From Acidobacteriota bacterium (GTDB lineage: Bacteria; Acidobacteriota; UBA6911; RPQK01; JAJDTT01): DNA of 64,000 bases. A program made the translations under genes and the position numbers. The notes beneath the pieces were generated by a model that did no database searches, was not told the origin of the DNA, and saw only the letters and a list, made by a program, of their open reading frames with translations. The DNA is taken from NCBI GenBank assembly GCA_965263035.1, contig OZ253580.1, positions 5,920,001-5,984,000 on the forward strand. The letters are read 5' to 3'. Positions 56,429 through 64,000 of the stretch are shown piece by piece. Every line of letters starts with the position of its first letter. Position 1 is the first letter of the stretch.

Positions 56429-56507
56429 ACGCGACAGACAGGCGGAGTTTAGCAGAACCGCTCCGCAAATGAGAATGAACCGGCTGCGGAAGCAGGGGAA
56501 TCGGAGA

Positions 56508-56582
56508 CGTCCCCAACGGGATTTGAACCCGTGTTGCCGCCTTGAAAGGGCGGTGTCCTAGGCCAGGCTAGACGATGGGGAC
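56508..56582 (-). tRNA. tRNA-Glu(TTC)
   Basis: GTCCCCATCGTCTAGCCTGGCCTAGGAC, arm CCGCC-CTTTCAA-GGCGG, GGTTCAAATCC; CCA not encoded. Confidence 0.95.
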
Positions 56583-56637
56583 GTCAGATATGAAGCGCGC
56601 ATTCTAGCAGTCGCTGCCGAGGCCTGTCCACCGGCCC

Positions 56638-56871
56638 TCACCCCTCTGTGGGACCCGTGTGACCGCCCGAATTCTCGCGACTCTCGACCTCATCCGTCTG
56701 CGCTTCGACCAGTGGAAAGGCGCATTGCCGGCACCGCCGCCGCCGCCGAGCGTTGAGAATGCCGCACTCCGGGCACCGGCGGTACATGACCCGGGCGAAG
56801 AGCTGAGTCAGAAGTGCGCTTCCGCCCAGTATCGCCACAACCAGCAGCACGCTCAGAATCGTCTCTGCCAT
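56638..56871 (-). CDS. Small membrane protein with a C4 zinc ribbon
   Basis: TM helix then CPEC-x10-CRQC; starts 5 nt downstream of the chelatase-like gene. Confidence 0.65.
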   Translation of the reverse strand: MAETILSVLLVVAILGGSALLTQLFARVMYRRCPECGILNARRRRRCRQCAFPLVEAQTDEVESRENSGGHTGPTEG

Positions 56872-56876
56872 GGGGA

Positions 56877-57875
56877 CTACCGGAGGGGAGAGGGTGTCCT
56901 GGGCCCGGCGGAATCGGAACGTCGAGAGTTGGATGAGTGAATCGGAGGAAAAGGACTGGACCATCCCGCCCGCAGAAAGCAGTCCCGGGCCTGCTCCCGC
57001 AACCACTGGGTCACGTTTCGATGGGGGAGCAGTCCCCTTCCGTCGGCGCTGTAGTCCAATCCCTCGAGAACCTTTCCGTAGGGCCCGAATCCGAATACTC
57101 GGAACGGAACCACCAGCACGCGTCCCTTCCGGCTCTGTTTCGAGACGAAACCCCGGATCCGCTCCACGGCCACTCTGCGCTTGGCTTCCCAGTCTTCTCT
57201 CAGGGTCTCGACCCGGACCTCCCGAAACGGGCCCAGGACCTTCAGTCCCCGAGTCAAGCTCTCCATCCGGGCCTTCCAGTACCGGTCACGGGCATCGGAT
57301 TCGACGCCGTGCCCGATGATGAGCACCGACTCGGCCGCCGGAGATTCGCTCAATGCCCGGACCCGGTCCAACAGCACACCCCCGGCCAGCCGTGAGTCCA
57401 GCAGACCCGCAGCGCTCAGAATGACTTGGGATTCCAGCTCGATGGGAGGGGGGATCTCCGACCCTCTCAGCAGCCGGACTGCATCGCGGGACATTTTGTG
57501 GTGGTGATGATCGTGGTGCAGGAAGAAGGGGGGAGGCTGGACCCTCACGCCCAACAGGTATTCGGTCTGGGACAGAAAGGATCTGCCGTCCAGGAAGAGC
57601 CGGACCACGGCGATCTTCCGAACACCCTGCTCTTCGAGCCGCGCGATGCCCTTTCGTAAGGGTTCCCGCTGTGCCATTCCATAAGCCACAACCACCGGAC
57701 AAACCTTCTCCAGCGGGGCCACGGCATCCTTGACGGCCCGGTTCCATTGCTCGTCGCCACCGTGAGCCATGATCAGCAGACCGACTTCGCCGGACGCGCC
57801 GGCCGGACTCGGGACCCAGGCGGTTCCAGCTCCCATCAACAAAACGCCAATCCACACCCATCGCCTCATGGCCAT
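56877..57875 (-). CDS. Exported CbiX/SirB-like chelatase-domain protein
   Basis: LLIMAHGG and LIIGHG duplicated domains, HHDHHHH tract, signal peptide. Confidence 0.75.
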   Translation of the reverse strand: MAMRRWVWIGVLLMGAGTAWVPSPAGASGEVGLLIMAHGGDEQWNRAVKDAVAPLEKVCPVVVAYGMAQREPLRKGIARLEEQGVRKIAVVRLFLDGRSFLSQTEYLLGVRVQPPPFFLHHDHHHHKMSRDAVRLLRGSEIPPPIELESQVILSAAGLLDSRLAGGVLLDRVRALSESPAAESVLIIGHGVESDARDRYWKARMESLTRGLKVLGPFREVRVETLREDWEAKRRVAVERIRGFVSKQSRKGRVLVVPFRVFGFGPYGKVLEGLDYSADGRGLLPHRNVTQWLREQARDCFLRAGWSSPFPPIHSSNSRRSDSAGPRTPSPLR

Positions 57876-58165
57876 ACCCTTCGTCTATTCGAACTCCCTG
57901 CCGAATGCGATTTTGCCAGACGGCCCATTTTTCGAACCGTTTCCATTCCAGGTTTTCGTCGGGGCGCCATGATGGAACAGAACCCTCGCGAGATCAATAT
58001 TGCGGGATCAGTCTTGGCGACCTGCCCCGCAGATCCCACCAAGTTGCAGCATACCGAATGAAGTCAATTCTGTGTTCAAGACCCTGTCGGCTCTATAATC
58101 GAGCCTTCCGGGGCAAGTACCATGACGGGCGGGTCACCCGGTGAAGAAAGGGGGTAAAGAGACGA

Positions 58166-58537
58166 GTGCCGATCGTTCGCCTGAAACTCCTTGTTCGAAA
58201 CGACGCCGAGCGCCTCGGAAAGGACACTCTGCAGGTGTTGGCCGACGAGCTCGGCAGATATTTCGAGTCGGAAACGGCGGGCACGTGGGTCGAGGCCGAA
58301 TATCTTCCGATCGAGCAGTATGCGGAAAACTCACGCGAACTTGCCGAGGACGTGAGACCAACACTCGTGTACGTATTGAGGCACCACCTGCCGGCCCCGG
58401 AAGAACTCGCCCAGGAAGCCATGGATCTCGCCCGGATCGTGGCGAAGCGGTTGCAGCGGCCCCGGCGGAACACGCACATTGTCTACGAGCCGCCCGGCAA
58501 GGGTCGCGTTGCCTTCGGCGGCACGCTGGTCAGGTAA
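58166..58537 (+). CDS. Tautomerase-superfamily-like protein
   Basis: Pro-1 after the initiator, 123 aa, C-terminal HIVYEP..GR.AFGG. Confidence 0.6.
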   Translation: MPIVRLKLLVRNDAERLGKDTLQVLADELGRYFESETAGTWVEAEYLPIEQYAENSRELAEDVRPTLVYVLRHHLPAPEELAQEAMDLARIVAKRLQRPRRNTHIVYEPPGKGRVAFGGTLVR

Positions 58538-58731
58538 CCTCCGCGTCGGGCAGAATCAGCACCGGCTTTCGGGCTCGCTCTCTCAACCTCAAGCCCGCAA
58601 TTCGTTCTTGCCAACCTGTTATCCACGAAGTGGAAACCTGACAGGTGCGGGACCCGCGCACTTCATTGCTTGATATCAGGCTTCCTTGCTATAGTGGCGC
58701 CCTCAACGGGTCCAGCACAAGGAGCACGAGA

Positions 58732-59097
58732 ATGACCTACATAGTGACCGAACGATGCGTTGACAACCGATACACCGACTGTGTCGCCGACTGTCCAGTC
58801 GACTGCTTCTACGAGATTGAAGATCCTCACATGCTGATCATCAATCCGGACGAGTGCATCGACTGCGACGCCTGCGTCTCGTTGTGCCCGGTCAACGCCA
58901 TCTACCCCGAGTCCGAGGTGCCGGAAGAGTTCGAAGAGTGGATCGACATGAATGACGAGGAACTCTGCACCGACGACAATCGGATCACCGACACCGACGC
59001 GCCGCTGGACTCGGCCATCACCATCGATGAGGTGAAGGCCAGGGAGGAAGAGGATTTCGGCGAGGCACTGGAGGATCCATCCAGCGCCGCACACTGA
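58732..59097 (+). CDS. Ferredoxin (FdxA/7Fe-type) with an acidic tail
   Basis: MTYIVTERC...YTDCV..CPVDCFY, INPDECIDCDAC...CPVNAIY; AAGGAG RBS; upstream TGnTATAGT. Confidence 0.93.
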   Translation: MTYIVTERCVDNRYTDCVADCPVDCFYEIEDPHMLIINPDECIDCDACVSLCPVNAIYPESEVPEEFEEWIDMNDEELCTDDNRITDTDAPLDSAITIDEVKAREEEDFGEALEDPSSAAH

Positions 59098-59465
59098 ATG
59101 CTTTCCCTCGCTGCTGGAGAGTCGATCCCGGCTTCCCGGATCCCCGACCGCGTTTTGCCTGGGGTCCCCCGGGATCGGGAGGAGGAGGTTCGAAGAGTAT
59201 CCGGAGCGGAACCTGATCCGCTTGCGTTTCCCGTCCCAGATCATGTCGTTTCCAGGCTACGCGCCGGCTTTCGTGGCCCCACGTGGGTAGTGGAGGGCGC
59301 AATCTGCCGTCAGAATCCGGCGTTGGACCTCCTTGTTTCCCCCTCGCAGATCCTCTGCCCCTTCCCTGCAATCGGTCCAATCTTTCCCGGAGGTGCAACC
59401 CTCAGGCCCGGTCGTAGTAGACTGGGCGGAGGGCGCGCGAACCGGCTGACAGGAGACAACGAGAG

Positions 59466-60278
59466 ATGAAGCGGAACAAGCTGAGAGAGGCGCTGAAGGC
59501 CGGAAGGCCCACGGTCGGAACCCACATCCAGAGCTCCTGGCCGTCGGTGGTGGAGATCATCGGCCATACGGGCGTCTTCGACTACATCGAATTTGTTGCG
59601 GAGTATGCCCCATTCGACCTCTTCTCCCTGGAAAATCTGTGCCGGGCGGCAGAGCTGATGGGGCTTTCCTCCATGATCAAGCTGGACCAGGAACCCCGGC
59701 GCTTTCTGGCTCAACGGTCCATCGGAGCAGGCTTCGACAGTGTCCTGTTCGCCGACTGTCGAACTCCGGACGACGTGCGAGAGTGCGTTCGGGCGGTGAA
59801 GCCGGAAACTCCCGCCGCCGGCGGCTACCACGGGGTCGGCGTGCGCCGAAGCAGCTACGTGCATGGTTCCGGACAACCGGATTACGCTCAGCAGTTGGAC
59901 GACGTCGTGATCGCGTTCATGATCGAGAAGCGTTCCGCGGTCGATGCGCTCGACGAGATCCTGGCCCTCGGAGGGGTGGACATGATTCAGTGGGGTCCCG
60001 CCGACTACGCCCTGAGCATCGGCCGCCCCGGTGAATTTCATGCTCCCGACGTTCGGGAAACGGAGCGCCGCGTCATCGCCACCTGCCTCGCCGCAGGGGT
60101 TCCGCCCCGGGCAGAGATCGAGAGCGTGGACAGGGCCAAGTACTACCTGGATCTGGGGGTTCGTCACTTCTGTCTGGGCACCGACATCATGATTCTGTAT
60201 CAGTTTCTGAGAGACCAAGGAGAGAAGCTGCAGGACGAGCTGGGAGAGACGCTCGGGAACGCGCTGGCGGGGAGTTGA
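59466..60278 (+). CDS. HpcH/HpaI aldolase family protein
   Basis: NKLREAL..G, MIEK, GPADYALSIG. Confidence 0.85.
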   Translation: MKRNKLREALKAGRPTVGTHIQSSWPSVVEIIGHTGVFDYIEFVAEYAPFDLFSLENLCRAAELMGLSSMIKLDQEPRRFLAQRSIGAGFDSVLFADCRTPDDVRECVRAVKPETPAAGGYHGVGVRRSSYVHGSGQPDYAQQLDDVVIAFMIEKRSAVDALDEILALGGVDMIQWGPADYALSIGRPGEFHAPDVRETERRVIATCLAAGVPPRAEIESVDRAKYYLDLGVRHFCLGTDIMILYQFLRDQGEKLQDELGETLGNALAGS

Positions 60279-60356
60279 CCCTCCCCGCGGCGGTATCGGC
60301 CCCGGATTTGGGGGCGAGGTGAAAGGCTGGCCGTTACAGACTCACGGGAGGAGACA

Positions 60357-61430
60357 ATGCATCGATTCAAATCCGCCGTTCCAAGTCATCGGTTCTCTTG
60401 GACCCTGACCGCCGCTCTCCTTGCCGGCCTGGGGGGATGCGCCCCGGCCCCTCCACCCGCCGAGGAACCGGCCCCGCAGTGGTCTGAATTGGCCGGCTAC
60501 GAGGCCATGGCCGTGCCGGACGACAATCCCATGACGGTCGCCAAGATCGAATTGGGGAAACAGCTCTACTACGACGCCCGGCTCAGCGGAGACGGCGTAC
60601 GGTCCTGCTACGGATGCCATCTGAACGAACACGGCCTGACCGACGGCAAACCCCTGGCCATCGGGGCTTTCGACAAGACCCTGACCCGGTCCAGCCCGAC
60701 GCTGTGGAACATCGGATACCACTCCGAGCTCTACTGGGACGGACGCACCAAGGGCCTGGAAGCTCAGGTGAAGGGTGCCTGGCGCGGTGGAAACATGGGC
60801 GCCTCGGGTAAGGACGGCGCCCCCAGCATGGACGATGTCTGTGCCAAGCTGAACGAGATCACCGGTTACGGGGAGCAATTCCAGGAAATCTTCGGCGGCG
60901 AAGCCAATCCGGACCGCGTCGCCATGGCCGTGGCCTCGTTCATGCGGACCATCGTCGCCGTGGGCTCTCCCTGGGTTCGTTTCCGGGAAGGGGACGAATC
61001 CGCATTGAGCGAAGCGGCCCGGCGCGGCTACACCATTTTCAGCGAGAAGGCCAAGTGCACCAACTGCCACGACGGCCTGCTCCTGACCGACCTCCAGTAC
61101 CACAACCTGGGCATCGGAATGGACGCCGAGTCTCCTGACATCGGCCGGGCCAAGGTCTCCGGAGACGAAAAGGACACCGGCGCCTTCAAGACCCCCACGC
61201 TTCTGGACATCGCGGAATCGGGGCCCTATTTCCACAACGGGAGCGCCGCGTCCCTGGAAGACGCGGTTCAGGTGATGCTCGACGGGGGAAAGCCCAATCA
61301 GTGGCTGGACGAGGAGAACCTTCGGGAGACCAAGGAAGCCGAGCTGACCGAAGAAGAAGTGGCGGACCTCCTGGCCTTCCTGCGCGAGCTCAACGTCGAC
61401 TACGACGTCAGCCAGCCGGAACTTCCTTGA
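60357..61430 (+). CDS. Di-heme cytochrome c peroxidase / MauG family lipoprotein
   Basis: LGKQLYYDARLS, CYGCH, WDGR, CTNCH, FKTPTL, PYFHNG. Confidence 0.92.
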   Translation: MHRFKSAVPSHRFSWTLTAALLAGLGGCAPAPPPAEEPAPQWSELAGYEAMAVPDDNPMTVAKIELGKQLYYDARLSGDGVRSCYGCHLNEHGLTDGKPLAIGAFDKTLTRSSPTLWNIGYHSELYWDGRTKGLEAQVKGAWRGGNMGASGKDGAPSMDDVCAKLNEITGYGEQFQEIFGGEANPDRVAMAVASFMRTIVAVGSPWVRFREGDESALSEAARRGYTIFSEKAKCTNCHDGLLLTDLQYHNLGIGMDAESPDIGRAKVSGDEKDTGAFKTPTLLDIAESGPYFHNGSAASLEDAVQVMLDGGKPNQWLDEENLRETKEAELTEEEVADLLAFLRELNVDYDVSQPELP

Positions 61431-62205
61431 CCGGGATGCCGAGCAGACAGTCGTCGTTTTCCGGAACGATGGGTGTGAAATCCCGGTGAGCGATCCATTC
61501 GGGCCGTTTGAACCTGCGGATGTGATTGCTCACTTCACAGAGGCTCAGGTAGATGATCGTCCGGTTCCAGGGGCTGATGTTGGACGGACTGGCGTGGACC
61601 AGATTTCCGTGAAACATGATGACGGATCCGGGCGGTCCGAGCGGCGCCTCGATCCCTCCCTCGTCGGCCAGCCGGGTGATGGTCGCCCGATCCAAGGTCC
61701 AGAGCGGATAGCTCGTACTCGCCAGATCGTGCCCCGCTTGCAGGACACCCAGTTTGTGACTTCCGGGAATGAACATGAGGGGGCCGTTGGCCGCCGTGAC
61801 CGGGTCCAGAAAGACGGCGATGTTCATGGCCCGAGCCTCCGGCATGTCGTCGTCCCGCTTCCAGGTTCCGTAGTCCTGATGCCATTGCCAGACGTCGCCA
61901 TCGAAGGCGGCCTTGGCGTTGACCTTGTATTGGTGCATGTAAACCGGACCGCCCAGAATCTGCATGACCGGCTCGATGAGCCGCGGATGGGCGCCCAGCA
62001 GACGAAACGGCTCGCTGTAGGTGTGGGCGGCGAAGGCCGTCCGGGCGGCGCCGCTGCTCTCCCGCCAGACCTCGGGCCGGTCCAGCCCGTAAATCCGGTG
62101 TGCTTCCGTACGCAACGGAGCCACTTCCTCCTCCTGGAAACGGCCAGGCAGAAAGAGGTATCCGTCCTTGCGGAAGGCGTCCAACTGCGCGGAAGTGAGT
62201 CTCAT
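61408..62205 (-). CDS. PhyH-family 2OG/Fe(II) dioxygenase (proline/ectoine hydroxylase-like)
   Basis: HQYKVNAK, WQWHQD, NGPL.FIPGSH, LVHAS, R.IIY. Confidence 0.9.
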   Translation of the reverse strand: MRLTSAQLDAFRKDGYLFLPGRFQEEEVAPLRTEAHRIYGLDRPEVWRESSGAARTAFAAHTYSEPFRLLGAHPRLIEPVMQILGGPVYMHQYKVNAKAAFDGDVWQWHQDYGTWKRDDDMPEARAMNIAVFLDPVTAANGPLMFIPGSHKLGVLQAGHDLASTSYPLWTLDRATITRLADEGGIEAPLGPPGSVIMFHGNLVHASPSNISPWNRTIIYLSLCEVSNHIRRFKRPEWIAHRDFTPIVPENDDCLLGIPVKEVPAG

Positions 62206-62336
62206 CTCGTTGGAATCTACCACAGTCCCCGGGGAACTGGAACGGCCCCCGGAGGCCGGCCAAGTCGAGCCCAGTCAGGCGCCGGCGGCGTTCCGGACCG
62301 GACCGGGAACAGCCCGGGCTGAGGGCAGGAGGACCC

Positions 62337-63977
62337 ATCGCCAAGCATCCCATCAGCGGAAATGTCCAAGGCATCCGGGCGTCTCAACGCCGGATGCTGG
62401 AGCGCACCTATCGCCGCCGTGTACCGCCCCAGCAAGCCATAACCCCCGAACTGGCTCGACATCTGGCTTCTGCGTCTCATGACCTGGGCCGCGAAGTCGG
62501 GGTCCTGATCGGGCGCGACGGCATCGTTCGAAACGTGATCGTCGGCCACGCCACCGGACTCATGTTGCCGGACATTGGCCGTCTCCGGGGCGGGACCGGG
62601 CGGTTTCGCGGACTGCGGCTGCTGCATACGCGCCTCCGGGGTTCGACCCTCAACCACGACGACCTGAACGACCTGGTCCTGCTTCGCCTCGATCTCGTCG
62701 CCGTCATCGAGGTGTTGGATGGGGGTTGGCCGGGAAGGCTGGAAGCCGCCTATCTCGATCCCGGATCCCTGGCCGGCAGCGGCAACGGGGATTCAGCGGC
62801 CGAACCCTTCCTGCGAATCCGGTCCCGTTCGGTGCACGACCTGGACCTGGATTTCCAGGCCACGATCCAGGCGCTGGAGCGGGAGTTCGCCCGCCTGGCC
62901 CGAAGGACCCGGGGACCGAAAGGCGCCGAGCGGGTCATGGTCGTCGGCCTTCGACCCGACGACACCTATTTTGCCGAGACTCTGGAACTGGTCCGTTCCG
63001 CCGGCGCCACCATCGCAGGCCGGATGCGCCAACGCCGGCCCCGGATCCATCCGCGCACCGTCCTGGGCAAGGGGAAGCTGGAGGAGCTGGTCCTGGAGAG
63101 CATGCGCTGCAACGCCACCGCGGCCGTCTTCGACATCGATCTGAAACCGGCGCAGGCACGGGCGTTCGAAGACCTGACCGGCCTCAAAGCGGTGGATCGG
63201 ACCCAACTGATCCTGGACATCTTCGCCCAACGAGCGCGCAGCGCCGACGGCAAGCTCCAGGTCGAGTTGGCTCAACTGAAGTACTCCTTGCCCCGCCTGA
63301 CCGAGAAGGACGAGGGGTTGTCCCGTCTGACCGGCGGCATCGGGGGACGAGGCCCGGGCGAAACGGTCATGGAGATCGGGCGGCGCCGGATTCGAACGCG
63401 AATCCGGCGGCTTGAGAAGCGGGTCGAACACCTCTCGCGTCAGCGCGAGCTCCGGCGAAGGCGGCGGCGCCGTCGGGGGCTTCCGGTGCTTTCCATCATC
63501 GGCTACACCAACGCCGGCAAGAGCACTCTCCTGAACGCCCTCACCAACAGCGTCGTGGAGGCCCGGGACAAGCTCTTCATGACCCTCGACCCCACCAGCC
63601 GGCGCCTGCGTTTTCCCCGCGAGGGGGAGGTTCTCATCACCGACACGGTCGGATTCATCGCCGAGCTGCCTCCGGACCTGATCTCCGCCTTCCGGGCGAC
63701 ACTGGAAGAGCTTTCGGACGCCAACCTCCTGCTCCATGTCATCGACGCCGCGGACCCGGAGATGGACGACAAGATCCGGGCGGTGGAAATGCTGCTGGTC
63801 GATCTGGATCTGAATCGGATCCCGCTGGTGAAGGTGCTCAACAAGATCGATCTGTTGCCCCCGGAACAGGTGAATGCCCTGTGCGGCCGGATCGGTGGAC
63901 TGGCGGTGAGCGCAACTCGGCGTGAGGGGCTGGAGGAATTGGTGAAAACCGCCGAGGACCGATTGTCCCGGCCTTAA
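62337..63977 (+). CDS. hflX: GTPase HflX, long form; start probably ATC 62337 (first ATG is 62394)
   Basis: DRTQLILDIFAQRA, GRGPGE, GYTNAGKS, DTVGF, NKID. Confidence 0.95.
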   Translation: MAKHPISGNVQGIRASQRRMLERTYRRRVPPQQAITPELARHLASASHDLGREVGVLIGRDGIVRNVIVGHATGLMLPDIGRLRGGTGRFRGLRLLHTRLRGSTLNHDDLNDLVLLRLDLVAVIEVLDGGWPGRLEAAYLDPGSLAGSGNGDSAAEPFLRIRSRSVHDLDLDFQATIQALEREFARLARRTRGPKGAERVMVVGLRPDDTYFAETLELVRSAGATIAGRMRQRRPRIHPRTVLGKGKLEELVLESMRCNATAAVFDIDLKPAQARAFEDLTGLKAVDRTQLILDIFAQRARSADGKLQVELAQLKYSLPRLTEKDEGLSRLTGGIGGRGPGETVMEIGRRRIRTRIRRLEKRVEHLSRQRELRRRRRRRRGLPVLSIIGYTNAGKSTLLNALTNSVVEARDKLFMTLDPTSRRLRFPREGEVLITDTVGFIAELPPDLISAFRATLEELSDANLLLHVIDAADPEMDDKIRAVEMLLVDLDLNRIPLVKVLNKIDLLPPEQVNALCGRIGGLAVSATRREGLEELVKTAEDRLSRP

Positions 63978-64000
63978 GCTCCAGGGTCGGACACTATTTC

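Noticed and set aside
57876-58165. Cobalamin riboswitch upstream of the CbiX-like gene
   Set aside because: No B12-box-like motifs were found on the minus strand.
59098-59465. ncRNA such as 6S or SRP downstream of the ferredoxin
   Set aside because: GC-rich hairpins are present but no diagnostic motif could be supported.

Overview
High-GC bacterial chromosomal window, roughly 50 CDS and 2 tRNAs. The gene content (matrixin-like surface protease, CehA/McbA hydrolase, LLM and PhyH enzymes, family-5 ABC transporter, IS1595 remnant) looks like an Acidobacteriota-type heterotroph, but that is an inference. Housekeeping genes (rnhA, hpt, leuB, trxB, hflX, fdhD, ferredoxin, tRNA-Arg/Glu) are mixed with catabolic genes. 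Most notable: (1) a 7.6-kb segment (40690-48300) with a RAYT-like Y1/HUH transposase, inward-facing GGGGACAGTC motifs, REPINs and IS remnants, bounded on BOTH sides by orphan, diverged 3' ends of two genes it carries intact; (2) three ~160-bp fold-back MITEs with compensatory base changes and TTAA-type target duplications, two of which supply gene stop codons; (3) a porin + CuA cupredoxin + di-heme oxidoreductase operon whose promoter is covered by a perfect MntR/DtxR-type palindrome; (4) a probable ATC start for hflX and an unannotated bS22-like microprotein. All calls come from motif recognition by eye; no searches were run.
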